Shown piece after piece: positions 38,049 through 48,300 of a DNA stretch of 64,000 nt. The position numbers and the translations under genes were made by a program. Each line of letters opens with the position of its first letter. The first letter of the stretch is position 1. Under the pieces are notes generated by a model that did no database searches, was not told the origin of the DNA, and worked only from the letters and a program-made list of their open reading frames with translations. The DNA is from a virus. The stretch covers positions 34,930-98,929 of the IMG/VR virus record IMGVR_UViG_3300047552_000910; one strand, written 5' to 3'.

Positions 38049-38571
38049 TGATTGGCCTGCTCATAACTAAATCTAAAACATCATCCAATAATTTAATTTC
38101 TTTTTGGGCATCAATGCCCACATCGCATGCTCGGTATTTTTCTAAGCCGGTAGGTTTACCATGCACATGCCCGTAAAAATGGCAACTGCCGTAATGCATC
38201 CGATTCCATCTAAGAATTGGATAATGGCACATTATGATATTAGCCTTATTATGCTTAATTTCATAATAATTATACACTGCTTCAAATTTTCTATTGAATG
38301 CTTCGTGCTTTATAAGTTTTGCATCATGATTGCCTTGTATTAGGAACTTTTTGCCGTTTAATTTATTTGCTATTGCAGTTGCGGTTTCTACATTAGTAAA
38401 TGCAAAATCGCCGAGATGATAAACAGTATCGGTAGTAGCTACTTTTGAGTTCCAATCTTCGATTAATGCCGTAGTCATCTCTTCAGATGTAGCAAACGGT
38501 CGAGTATCGGGCGAATACTTCAAAATATTCGCATGGAGAAAGTGGGTATCTGCGGTAATCCAAATCTTCAT
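38038..38571 (-). CDS. Calcineurin-like metallophosphoesterase (phage type)
   Basis: ADTHF.H.NI, YHLGDF, GNHD, CHYP, GHVH. Confidence 0.88.
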   Translation of the reverse strand: MKIWITADTHFLHANILKYSPDTRPFATSEEMTTALIEDWNSKVATTDTVYHLGDFAFTNVETATAIANKLNGKKFLIQGNHDAKLIKHEAFNRKFEAVYNYYEIKHNKANIIMCHYPILRWNRMHYGSCHFYGHVHGKPTGLEKYRACDVGIDAQKEIKLLDDVLDLVMSRPINDS

Positions 38572-38573
38572 TT

Positions 38574-39650
38574 TTAAAAACTCTTATTATAAACACATCT
38601 GAGATTATATGTAGGTAAATAATTCTTTCGCCAAAACTTTACATAATCAACATCGCGTTTATTGTATTCTCCCATAATCAATCCAAAAAGAATGTGGTCT
38701 TTATACATCAACGCAACATCTTTAGCGGACATTGCTTTACTAACACAATCTTGTGCTATCTGTTCTGCTTGCTCTCGCAATGCCGACAGTTCAGACACAA
38801 CTTGATGCTCGATTCGAAGAACTGGCTCCATATCGAGCCCTTCTTCGGTGATAGAAATCTTAATATCGTCAATTTTTTCGTCTGCTACCAATTCTGCCAC
38901 ATCTCGTTCTCTTAGTTCTGTCTTAAGGCGATGATTTGCCAAATACCAAGCTGTTTTTACTTTAACACGCGACCCGTCTTTTAAAATAAGTACATATCCT
39001 TCAAAGTTTTTCAAATTAGCTTGGTCTGCTAATACATCGGCAAATAGTTTATCAAACTTAACAACAGTGGGCACATTGTATGTTTCAGCCACGTATTCGA
39101 CAACATTCCAGCGTGAATATTCCCCGGTTTCATTATGCCTAATAGCTAACAAAGTAAACGGGTTAGCATTATCATAATGTAAAACAATAGGGAACTCGTC
39201 GCAAGTAAATTCAAAAATAGGTGTTTGATTTAAGCTACAGCAAATCTTGCAAAATTCTTTAATATTATCAGGAATACGAGCATTTGCTAAGTTAGCAACA
39301 TCGCTAAAGAAGCTTTTCTTAGTCTTGAATACAATTTCGTCACCGATTAGTACAGGAGTAGCAAGCGACCCGTCTCGTTTTTCAAACACCTCTACAACAT
39401 TGTCTTTTACATTGTGTAAAAGGTTTTTTTCATTTTCTCCGAGAGAAAAGAATTTCTCAAACGGACGAGAAACACAGATTCCAGCAGAGTTGAACGTAAT
39501 ACCTCGGCATTCTGTTGCAAGAGGTAATTTCCAAAGTTCGGTGTCTGCAATCATATAAGACACAATAGTAAATAATTGTTCATTTACTATTTCTTCTTTA
39601 AATTTAATTCTTTTATCGTTACGGAGATGGATAAGTTCAGAAATATGCAT
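38574..39650 (-). CDS. RNA ligase, T4 Rnl1-like
   Basis: ECRGITF, RPFEKFF, EKRDGS, FEF, EGYV, KVKT.WY. Confidence 0.87.
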   Translation of the reverse strand: MHISELIHLRNDKRIKFKEEIVNEQLFTIVSYMIADTELWKLPLATECRGITFNSAGICVSRPFEKFFSLGENEKNLLHNVKDNVVEVFEKRDGSLATPVLIGDEIVFKTKKSFFSDVANLANARIPDNIKEFCKICCSLNQTPIFEFTCDEFPIVLHYDNANPFTLLAIRHNETGEYSRWNVVEYVAETYNVPTVVKFDKLFADVLADQANLKNFEGYVLILKDGSRVKVKTAWYLANHRLKTELRERDVAELVADEKIDDIKISITEEGLDMEPVLRIEHQVVSELSALREQAEQIAQDCVSKAMSAKDVALMYKDHILFGLIMGEYNKRDVDYVKFWRKNYLPTYNLRCVYNKSF

Positions 39651-39673
39651 ATTAAAAAGTCTCTAAGTGAGCG

Positions 39674-39871
39674 TTAGTCCGTATTATACAGTATATTTTG
39701 TGAGTTGTCAACTTTCTCCACCCAAGTTGGGCAATATTCGCCATTATATCGATATACATTATGTTGCTCGATCCAAAGCCACTCTGGAACTTTATTTACC
39801 TGGGAGAATAACCAATCGCACGACGAATGTTGACCATTAAAGAACTTGCAAGACTTGCAGTTTTTTTTCAT
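39674..39871 (-). CDS. Small Cys-rich hypothetical protein
   Basis: CKSC...C...C pattern. Confidence 0.45.
   Translation of the reverse strand: MKKNCKSCKFFNGQHSSCDWLFSQVNKVPEWLWIEQHNVYRYNGEYCPTWVEKVDNSQNILYNTD
39683..39711 (-). promoter_or_regulatory. sigma70-type promoter TTGACA-17-TATAAT (perfect consensus)
   Basis: Direct motif match upstream of the RNA ligase. Confidence 0.85.
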
Positions 39872-40128
39872 TCAGCTTTTCATGAAATTAACGTAAGTCA
39901 TACTAGTTATCATGTCAAACAGCAACGATAATAGAACACTAATTAAAACAACTGTACCTATTAGTAAAAACGTCGCCGTAAAAATTATTATTTTTATAGG
40001 CAGAAGCATTGAAAAAACAACAAGTTGAAACATAGACATGTTTTTGATCCTTTTGTGAAGTATAAAGTATTTACCAGCAAATAATTTCTGTATTTTTAAT
40101 ATTCGCTCCAAAATAGGTAAATAATTAC

Positions 40129-40467
40129 ATGGCGAGCACATTTCAATTTAAACGAGGCGATACATTTTCACTTGTTTTCGAAATAAAAACAAATGACGGC
40201 GGCGTTGTTGACTTGAACGATTATACTGCACGATTACAACTCAAGCCTGGTAATAAGAATAATATTGTATTGACTGCATTATCTGAAAATAACGATTTAA
40301 TAATAATTGGAGATTCAGGGTTTGTATATTTAGATGTAGATTACAACAAGACTGAACACATACCTCCAGGACTATATCGTGCAGACTTAGAACTTACTTC
40401 AGTGGAAGGTATCAGAACGTCTACGGAAACGTTCATGATACGAATAGTAGAAGATATAACAGTATGA
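40129..40467 (+). CDS. Virion adaptor-like (BppU-like) protein, paralog 1
   Basis: KRGDTFSL...DL..YTARL...YRADLE....S.ETF...IV.DITV; paralog at 45867. Confidence 0.65.
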   Translation: MASTFQFKRGDTFSLVFEIKTNDGGVVDLNDYTARLQLKPGNKNNIVLTALSENNDLIIIGDSGFVYLDVDYNKTEHIPPGLYRADLELTSVEGIRTSTETFMIRIVEDITV

Positions 40468-40512
40468 ATATGCCAAATAACATTATTTGTAGACATATTT
40501 TGGTAATATAAT

Positions 40513-41595
40513 ATGAGTAAACTTTCATCACTTTTTCCTGTAACAATAAAACAAGATACTGATAGTAATATTTTAGCAGTAACGACGACTAAACCTGTTG
40601 CTATTTTACAAGGAATACAAGGAATACAAGGCATTGGTGCGTCTGGCATACAAGGGTTGCAAGGTCTCCAGGGAATTGGGTCTCCTGGCGTACAAGGTAT
40701 ACAAGGGTTGCAAGGCGCAGGAGTTAACCTTAGTAGTTTATATCAAGATCAGAATAATTCGATTTATATTGGTTCGACCACCAATGCTGTTACTGTAGAC
40801 ACTACTGGATCTGTTGAACTTATTGGTTCGGCTATTGTGTGGGAGCGTATTCGCGCTCGATTAATTACTTCTCCGAATTCTCCGTTAACTGAAAAATATG
40901 AACTAGCTAATTCAACATTTGGATTATACTTGCATTCGTTTGATGCAGGATCTACTAATGAATTAATTTTTGATTTACAACTTCCAACAACATGGCAACC
41001 AGGCAGTACAATTTATCCGTATATTCACTGGTCACCAAAAACAAGTGGCGTTGCAGATACGTTGATTGGTTGGAGTATGGAATATAGTAAAGCAGGGCCA
41101 GGTACTGTTTTCCCTTCACCCACCACTATAGTTGCTGATAATATAAAAATTGGAAATATTACCCAACAAAATTCTCATATAGTATCATCTTTTGATAGTA
41201 TTACAATGACCGGTGAAACGGCAGATACTTTATTAGTTGGTAAAATATACAGAAGTGCAGGGGATACTGCATTAATCACGGGCGGAGTTTTATCGATTGA
41301 TTTTGATATTGCTATTTCAAAACTAGGAAATGCTGCTCGATTAATAAACCAAGTTGCTCCAATAGATCAGGTGTTTAGTAACGGCATATGGAATGATGTT
41401 GGCACATGGGATGATACTGCTTTATGGTACGACGGCGGAGTGAATATTCTTGCTACAGGTGTTTGGAATGATACCGGTATTTGGTCCGACGCGGCGTTGT
41501 GGAGTGATGGCACAGGGTCTTCGATTTTTGATTCTGGAGCATGGAGCGATACAACAGCATGGCTTGATGAAACTAATTGGAATGACGGAGCATAA
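40513..41595 (+). CDS. Virion protein with short collagen segment and C-terminal Trp-Asp repeats
   Basis: GIQ repeats, QLP..W..G...YPYIHW domain, three G.W.D...W.D...W.DG units. Confidence 0.65.
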   Translation: MSKLSSLFPVTIKQDTDSNILAVTTTKPVAILQGIQGIQGIGASGIQGLQGLQGIGSPGVQGIQGLQGAGVNLSSLYQDQNNSIYIGSTTNAVTVDTTGSVELIGSAIVWERIRARLITSPNSPLTEKYELANSTFGLYLHSFDAGSTNELIFDLQLPTTWQPGSTIYPYIHWSPKTSGVADTLIGWSMEYSKAGPGTVFPSPTTIVADNIKIGNITQQNSHIVSSFDSITMTGETADTLLVGKIYRSAGDTALITGGVLSIDFDIAISKLGNAARLINQVAPIDQVFSNGIWNDVGTWDDTALWYDGGVNILATGVWNDTGIWSDAALWSDGTGSSIFDSGAWSDTTAWLDETNWNDGA

Positions 41596-41597
41596 GA

Positions 41598-43700
41598 ATG
41601 CCGATAGCTAATATTGAAAATAATGAAATAGGTCTGTCTGTAAGGACTAAAATAAATAGTGCGTTTGCGAAGCTTGTACCGGCTGTTGCGTATGTTGATG
41701 TAAATAACGTCGGTTCAGAAGGTTTAATTACTGCACAAGATTTGGATAAGTTAGTAAACTTATCTCCTGCTAGTATAGGCGCTGCTACAGCAGCCCAAGG
41801 TGCGCTCGCTGACACAGCAGTTCAACCAGCTGCATTAGGTACGGCAGCAGCTCAAAACGTTGCAGCTTTTGCTACAGCAGCCCAAGGTGCGCTCGCCGAT
41901 ACAGCAGTTCAACCTGCTGCATTAGGTACAGCAGCAGCGGCCGCAACAACTGATTTTGCTACAGCAGCCCAAGGTGCGCTCGCTGACACAGCAGTTCAAC
42001 CTGGTTCATTAGGTACTGCCGCTTACGCTAATTTTAATGACTTCGCATTCGCGGACCAAGGAATTAAAGCAGACACCGCAGTTCAACCTGGCGCGTTGGG
42101 TACGGCAGCAGCGGCCGCAACAACTGATTTTGCTACAGCAGCCCAAGGTGCGTTAGCTGACACAGCAGTTCAACCTGCTGCATTAGGTACAGCAGCAGCT
42201 CAAAACGTTGCAGCTTTTGCTACAGCAGCCCAAGGTGCGCTCGCCGATACAGCAGTTCAACCTGCTGCATTAGGTACAGCAGCAGCGGCTGCAATAACTG
42301 ATTTTGCCACAGCAGCCCAAGGTGCGTTAGCTGACACAGCAGTTCAACCTGCAGATGTAGCAACTACCATAAATTTAGCAGCAACTGCGCTACAGCCAGA
42401 ATCAACATCGTCTATAGACCGAACTAGTTTTACGGTTGGCGCGGGGTTGGTAAATCCCATTATAGGTATTGCTGGAGATTCTATACATAACCTAATGTCC
42501 AGGCTTGATTATACTGGATCATTATTGACTTGGCGTACATTTTTAACTGGGCGTCGATTAGGAATACAATGGAGTCCGCTCGCATATTCAAGCGGCGGAT
42601 ATGTTTATGCAATTGGCGGTAAAACAACAGCCCAAATTTACTCTGAGCAACTGCCACAAATAATAGCCCGCCCGCCTGATATTTTATTTCTAAATGGAGG
42701 CACAAATAATGCGTATACAACCATTGCAGATTTAGATCAAGCAGCTACTGATTTACAGAATGTTGCTGCTGGTGCAATCGGTGCAGGAGTTAAAGAAGTA
42801 TTCATATATCCTATTTTACCGAAAACGACCAATCAATGGTCAACAGTAATGGGTACTACTGGTTTAACTGTAGCGCAAGGACACCAGTATATCAACATGA
42901 AAATGTCGGCTTACGCTAAAAACACTGCTAAAGTTTATTACGTTAACCCCGATCCGTTCATGACAATGAACAACAACATTTATTACACGTCTAAGTTGGG
43001 CTATTTAATAGACGGCACACACGTAGCTACACTGGGTGCGTATGCACAACGTGATTTATATCAATTCCCATTATTTAATAGAGTAAGATTAGTAACAAAC
43101 CCATCAAATTCTTGGAATTCTCAGATGATGTACGGCAACGTATTAGGAACTTCGGGCAGTATGTGGGCCACCGGCGGATCTTTAGAAGGAGTGAGCGGAA
43201 ATAGCGCCATTGCATTAGATTGGAATTTAACTAACAACACTGGATTAACTGTCGTTCCGTCTATTGTAACAGTGGACGGCGTTAAAAAACAGAGATTAAC
43301 TATTTCAGGAACTCCAACATTAAACACAGGTACGGTAAGATTTTCGATAACTAAATTAAATTCTGCGTATTTTACAGGAGCAAATTCCACATGGGACGGT
43401 GAGATTCAATTAGATATAACTAATTTTACTAATTTATTCACGCCTAGTTTTGTATTTAGTGCTCTTGGCGGAACTACATATACAGTTAATGGCATTGGAC
43501 CGTCAACGGGAAGTACTCCCCAATATAACTTTGCTCCTGCTAATACAACTTTTACATTATATCCGTATAATACCACAACAGTATCTGCCACATCTGCTTG
43601 TACTGGGTTTACGTTATATATAGAACTTAATGGATTAGTGGGGTATGAAGCATCAGGTACCATTGATATAAGTTCTGCTGGTATCTTTAAAATTACTTAA
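41598..43700 (+). CDS. Tail fibre/spike with 29-aa repeat stalk and SGNH hydrolase domain
   Basis: GDS, GG.TT, GGTNN and DGTH SGNH blocks after ATAAQGALADTAVQP repeats. Confidence 0.78.
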   Translation: MPIANIENNEIGLSVRTKINSAFAKLVPAVAYVDVNNVGSEGLITAQDLDKLVNLSPASIGAATAAQGALADTAVQPAALGTAAAQNVAAFATAAQGALADTAVQPAALGTAAAAATTDFATAAQGALADTAVQPGSLGTAAYANFNDFAFADQGIKADTAVQPGALGTAAAAATTDFATAAQGALADTAVQPAALGTAAAQNVAAFATAAQGALADTAVQPAALGTAAAAAITDFATAAQGALADTAVQPADVATTINLAATALQPESTSSIDRTSFTVGAGLVNPIIGIAGDSIHNLMSRLDYTGSLLTWRTFLTGRRLGIQWSPLAYSSGGYVYAIGGKTTAQIYSEQLPQIIARPPDILFLNGGTNNAYTTIADLDQAATDLQNVAAGAIGAGVKEVFIYPILPKTTNQWSTVMGTTGLTVAQGHQYINMKMSAYAKNTAKVYYVNPDPFMTMNNNIYYTSKLGYLIDGTHVATLGAYAQRDLYQFPLFNRVRLVTNPSNSWNSQMMYGNVLGTSGSMWATGGSLEGVSGNSAIALDWNLTNNTGLTVVPSIVTVDGVKKQRLTISGTPTLNTGTVRFSITKLNSAYFTGANSTWDGEIQLDITNFTNLFTPSFVFSALGGTTYTVNGIGPSTGSTPQYNFAPANTTFTLYPYNTTTVSATSACTGFTLYIELNGLVGYEASGTIDISSAGIFKIT
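41784..42350 (+). repeat. Tandem 87-bp (29-aa) repeat, 6.5 copies
   Basis: ATAAQGALADTAVQPAALGTAAA..xxF units. Confidence 0.9.
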
Positions 43701-43716
43701 TTTCGGAGTTTAAATA

Positions 43717-44511
43717 ATGGCTATTCAACAAATCATGGATGGGGATACTGGACTATCCATTCGTACCAGAATAAATGCTGCGTTCGACAAATTAATCCCG
43801 GCTACTACTTCAATCGAAGGGTTGCTTTCTCCTGCAGACAAAACGCGCATCGATAATATTGAAACGATCGGTGGCGGATCTGGCGCCGGGGTTCAAGGCA
43901 TCCAGGGTATAATTGGACCAACAGGGCCGGGCGGCGGGGAGCCGGGCATTCAAGGAATTCAAGGTGTATACGGCGTGCAAGGACTCCAAGGCTCTGTTGG
44001 TGCTGGAACTAACGGCGCGCAAGGAATTCAAGGAATTATTGGGCCAACAGGGCCGGGCGGCGGGGAGCCGGGCATTCAAGGAATTCAAGGAATTCAAGGA
44101 TCTGGTTCTGACGGCGCGCAAGGAATTCAAGGAATTCAAGGATCTGGTTCCGATGGAATTCAAGGAATTCAAGGTGTATTTGGTTTACAAGGAATTCAAG
44201 GTGGGCTTGGTTCTGGCGAAGCAGTTCAAGGAATTCAAGGAATTCAAGGATCTGGTTCTGACGGCGCGCAAGGAATTCAAGGAATTCAAGGTGCTCTTGG
44301 CTCTGGAGAGGCCGTTCAAGGAATTCAAGGGTTGTTTGGCTTACAAGGAATTCAAGGAATTCAAGGAAACATTCCTACAGTAGCGTTAGCGACTACAACA
44401 ACGGACGGGTTACTATCTGCTGCCGACAAGGTTAGAATTGATAGTATAGAAAGCATAATCGACACTGCGTTGACACCCATTAATAATGCGCTAACTTCGA
44501 TACTAGGATAA
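43717..44511 (+). CDS. Collagen-like virion protein
   Basis: CAAGGAATT tandem repeats (QGI); GLLS.ADK.RID.IE at both ends; N-terminus shared with the 41598 gene. Confidence 0.75.
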   Translation: MAIQQIMDGDTGLSIRTRINAAFDKLIPATTSIEGLLSPADKTRIDNIETIGGGSGAGVQGIQGIIGPTGPGGGEPGIQGIQGVYGVQGLQGSVGAGTNGAQGIQGIIGPTGPGGGEPGIQGIQGIQGSGSDGAQGIQGIQGSGSDGIQGIQGVFGLQGIQGGLGSGEAVQGIQGIQGSGSDGAQGIQGIQGALGSGEAVQGIQGLFGLQGIQGIQGNIPTVALATTTTDGLLSAADKVRIDSIESIIDTALTPINNALTSILG

Positions 44512-44515
44512 TATC

Positions 44516-45802
44516 ATGACAATAGCACAAGAAATTGCAGCCAAATTTACTACAATGGACGGATACCTGACAAATATCCGCAACTCATTAACAACTAAAT
44601 CGGGATCTTCGCAAAGCAGCACACCAATGAGTGGAATGTCTGCTGTGATAGACAATATTTCTCCTGCATGGGACCGACCAGCTGATTGGTATGCTATGCC
44701 TACTATACCAACAAATGATCAGAAATGTATAATATTGTATAATATTACTCAACAAATGTATCATGCATCATTTACTTGCGCTGCGGCATATACTGTTGAT
44801 TGGGGTGATAGTGTGGTTGAAAACTTTAGCTCCGGGGTTACTGCTCAACACACATATACCTTTGCTAATCTTACGCAAACATTAGCAAACGGCCAAAAAC
44901 AAGCTCTTATTTCAATAACACCGCAAGCAGGACAAAACCTCACATCGATTGATTTAACTTCGTTACATTCAGCATATCCAGCAAAATCGTGGATATCTGG
45001 CGCTGTCGAGGTTTCAATTAATGCACAATTCCTTACTACACTAACATTACAAACTGTTACAGCAAATCGTTCAAAGTTATTTTGGTTACAATCGTTTGGG
45101 TTACATCGCAGTGCTCTCACCACAGCAAATCAATTATTTTCTGAATGTTACAACTTAAAACACGTTTCGGCTATGGCAATACCAAATACTGTTACTAATT
45201 TTAGTTATATGTTTAGGAAATGCTACAGTTTAACAAGTATGCCGTTGTTTGATACATCTGGCGGCACAACTTTTTCAAACATGTTTAATTCTTGCTATTC
45301 ATTGACTACTATTCCACAACTTAATACATCAAATGGTACAGATTTTAGTAGCATGTTTAGTCAATGCTATTCGTTAAAAACTATTCCGTTAATAGACACT
45401 GCTAAAGGACTTAATTTATCTTCAATGTTTGGAACTTGTTCGTCCTTAATATCGGTGCCGCAATTAAACACAATACTATGTACAAACTTTTCTTCTATGT
45501 TTAGCTTGTGCCCGATAATAGTAGAAGTACCAATATTAAATATGATTGCTGCTACTAATGTTACATCAATGTTCTCTACATGTACTTATTTACAAGGGGG
45601 TAGAATGTTAAATACTCCAATTAGTATTAGCTATGCAAGTTGTAATTTATATCGAGATGGTATAGTTGATATCTTTAATGGTTTGCCTACCGTAACAAAT
45701 AGTTCTACAATTACAATAACAGGCAACCCTGGTGTCAGTTCATTGACTGGGCCGGATAATGCTATTGCTACAGGCAAAGGTTGGACTATTATTACTGTAT
45801 AG
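44516..45802 (+). CDS. Putative receptor-binding protein with BspA/DUF285-like leucine-rich repeats
   Basis: TVDWGD domain followed by about seven MF..C.SL..IP.L.T repeats; ends A..KGWTI. Confidence 0.72.
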   Translation: MTIAQEIAAKFTTMDGYLTNIRNSLTTKSGSSQSSTPMSGMSAVIDNISPAWDRPADWYAMPTIPTNDQKCIILYNITQQMYHASFTCAAAYTVDWGDSVVENFSSGVTAQHTYTFANLTQTLANGQKQALISITPQAGQNLTSIDLTSLHSAYPAKSWISGAVEVSINAQFLTTLTLQTVTANRSKLFWLQSFGLHRSALTTANQLFSECYNLKHVSAMAIPNTVTNFSYMFRKCYSLTSMPLFDTSGGTTFSNMFNSCYSLTTIPQLNTSNGTDFSSMFSQCYSLKTIPLIDTAKGLNLSSMFGTCSSLISVPQLNTILCTNFSSMFSLCPIIVEVPILNMIAATNVTSMFSTCTYLQGGRMLNTPISISYASCNLYRDGIVDIFNGLPTVTNSSTITITGNPGVSSLTGPDNAIATGKGWTIITV

Positions 45803-45866
45803 TTGATTAATTAAATTATGTCGTTTGCATATCTTTTTAAAGGTATGCAAACTGATAAATATATAC

Positions 45867-46205
45867 ATGTCCGGAATACTACAATGCAAACGCGGAGACA
45901 CCTTTTCTTTAACTATTGAATTTAAAGACGGGGCTGGTACGCCGCTTGATCTGGCGGGGTGTTCTGCGCGATTACATTTTAAATTAATTAATAGTGGCGT
46001 TACTGCTTTATCGTTATCTTCATCTGGCAACGAAATATCATTTAACGAGCTAGCTGGAACGGTTTTAATAGAAGCAAATTATAATAAAACCGAATATTTA
46101 AAAATTGGTAGGTATCGTGCAGATTTAGAAATTACATTTCCTGACAATACACGAGTTTCGTCTGAAACATTTTTTGTTGATATCGTTAACGATATCACAG
46201 TATAG
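45867..46205 (+). CDS. Virion adaptor-like (BppU-like) protein, paralog 2
   Basis: MSGILQCKRGDTFSL..., clear paralog of 40129; start moved from 45825. Confidence 0.65.
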   Translation: MSGILQCKRGDTFSLTIEFKDGAGTPLDLAGCSARLHFKLINSGVTALSLSSSGNEISFNELAGTVLIEANYNKTEYLKIGRYRADLEITFPDNTRVSSETFFVDIVNDITV

Positions 46206-46228
46206 AAGTTTAAGCTTGGAGTAATGTA

Positions 46229-48253
46229 ATGGCGGGTAAGAAAATTTCAGCATTAATACCGGTTGATTTATTAACAGGTGACGAGTTTTTACCGGTAGTG
46301 CAAGCTGGTGTTACTAAAAAAGTTACCGCAGCCGAATTAAAAACACTTGCTGTTAGTGATTTAGGTACTGCTGCGTACGAAGATGTTGAATATTTCGCAA
46401 CTGCCGCACAAGGCGCGTTAGCAGACACTGCACTCCAACCAGACACAGGTGTTTCTTCCACCACTGTTGCTACTATCACTTCTTCCGAAACAGAACCTGC
46501 TTTAAAAGCAATTGGTGACCTTTGGATTGACGAATCGGTTATCACAATTCATGAGTTTGTAAGTGATGCTGCATACGGCGCCGAATGGAACGGTATTGCC
46601 GATATGGCGCCTTCTAAGAATGCAGTATATGATAAAATCCAAGGGATGTATACCGACTTAGTTTCTGTTGCTAATATTGACGATGTGCCGATTGTTGGGG
46701 CAATATCAGATCCAATATCTTCTAACTGGGCATATAATCATATACTAACAAAACATGTTTCTTTAAACGATATTGGTGTACCAGGGCAGTTAGGATTTGG
46801 TGTAGGCGTGTATCCTACAACGTTGCCTGCAGGGTATTCTACTTTGCCAGGAACCAACGACACTGCATCCGACAATTACGGGAATTATCAATACAACGAC
46901 GGGTCTGTTATGTGCTGGATTCCAGCATTTTATTATCGTATTGGCCACGTCGATAACTTGACTTATGCGACATATTTGTTAAACAGCATCGATATTAAAT
47001 CGTTTGATTCGTTTGTTAATGTTGCTGCTGCCAATGCTGCTGGATATGCTTTACATCGAGCATTTTATGACGGCGGAACAATTAATCTTGGTTTTTTTGT
47101 AGACAAATATCTTTGCTCTAATAATGCAGGCGTTGCGTCGTCTATTCGTAATGGCAATCCGCTAAGTACACTATCTTTACATAATCCAATTGGTGCTTTA
47201 ACAGGGGAAGGAATTACACCGACTAATTCGCTAGGCGGTTGCATTGATGCTGCCAAAACAAGAGGTGCAGATTTTTTTTGTTGTTCTCGATTTATTCATG
47301 CTGCGTTAGCATTACTAGCAACTGCACACGGCCAGTCTGCAAATGGATCTGCTTTTTGCGCTTGGTATCTTGTTAATAAAAACTACCCGAAAGGTTGCAA
47401 TAATAATGCATTAGCAGATTCAGATGATATTACTGTTACATTCCAAACGGACGGTTATTTTACTTGTAATAAAACCGGATCTGGTAATTTATTTGCTAAA
47501 ACCACGCACAACGGGCAAAACTCCGGAGTTACAGACCTAAATGGAACTTTATGGGAAGTATCATTGGGTATAACTTGCGTTGCTACAGCAACGGCTGTTA
47601 CAGGAGCAACTAAAAGCAACCCGTGCCAAGTTACAGTGGCAGGGCACGGATATACCACTGGGGATATCGTACTCCTTTCGTCGATTGTTGGAATGACACA
47701 ACTTAATAATAAATTATATCAAATTAGTGTCGACGGGCTCGACACTTTTACACTTAACGGTATCAATAGTTTGAGTTATACTGATTTTATTTCGGGTGGC
47801 CTTTCCACAAAAGGAACATTTTACTCTGCCACACCAGACGTTGCCATGAAAACTTTTACATCGGGTAATACTCTTACAACAGACCACTGGGGATCTGCTG
47901 GTGTTTCTGCCAACATGGCAACACTCCCATTAAATTTTATAACAGGATCTGGTGTTAACGGCGTTACTCAACGATATGGTAGCATAGCCAACCAAGTACT
48001 TAGCAATGCTGTTAGCGGAAATAATTGGGTTTTAACTGGTGCAGGCTTAACAACTAGCACAGGGCTAAGTGTTGCTGGTACTAATTTATTTGGATTAGAT
48101 TATTATTATCAGTATATCAGAGATGAATTATGCTTGACTACAGGGGGGCATTGGGGTTTTACTACCAGTGCAGGTATATGGGCCACGGACTTGTATAATT
48201 ATCGCACCACTGCTAGCAATAATATCGGGTTCCGATCAGCTGCGTATGTTTAA
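46229..48253 (+). CDS. Tail fibre/adhesin with C-terminal C-type-lectin (FGE/Mtd-like) fold and inserted FCCH-like domain
   Basis: KISAL..V.......LPVVQ.GVTKK anchor; GFFVDKY; DLNG.LWE; C-terminal GG.W.....AG........R..ASNNIGFRSA. Confidence 0.72.
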   Translation: MAGKKISALIPVDLLTGDEFLPVVQAGVTKKVTAAELKTLAVSDLGTAAYEDVEYFATAAQGALADTALQPDTGVSSTTVATITSSETEPALKAIGDLWIDESVITIHEFVSDAAYGAEWNGIADMAPSKNAVYDKIQGMYTDLVSVANIDDVPIVGAISDPISSNWAYNHILTKHVSLNDIGVPGQLGFGVGVYPTTLPAGYSTLPGTNDTASDNYGNYQYNDGSVMCWIPAFYYRIGHVDNLTYATYLLNSIDIKSFDSFVNVAAANAAGYALHRAFYDGGTINLGFFVDKYLCSNNAGVASSIRNGNPLSTLSLHNPIGALTGEGITPTNSLGGCIDAAKTRGADFFCCSRFIHAALALLATAHGQSANGSAFCAWYLVNKNYPKGCNNNALADSDDITVTFQTDGYFTCNKTGSGNLFAKTTHNGQNSGVTDLNGTLWEVSLGITCVATATAVTGATKSNPCQVTVAGHGYTTGDIVLLSSIVGMTQLNNKLYQISVDGLDTFTLNGINSLSYTDFISGGLSTKGTFYSATPDVAMKTFTSGNTLTTDHWGSAGVSANMATLPLNFITGSGVNGVTQRYGSIANQVLSNAVSGNNWVLTGAGLTTSTGLSVAGTNLFGLDYYYQYIRDELCLTTGGHWGFTTSAGIWATDLYNYRTTASNNIGFRSAAYV

Positions 48254-48300
48254 TACCAACTTAATTTATTAGCTCGAATAATTTGAAATTAGGAATTTAA

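Noticed and set aside
2019-39558. Numerous short + strand ORFs antisense to - strand genes (e.g. 2019-2255, 11343-11756, 20283-20699, 29630-30070, 33943-34380)
   Set aside because: Shadow ORFs fully overlapping well-supported genes, with no motifs or ribosome-binding sites
41784-42350. Regular repeats resembling a CRISPR array
   Set aside because: 87-bp in-frame coding tandem repeats without unique spacers; no cas genes
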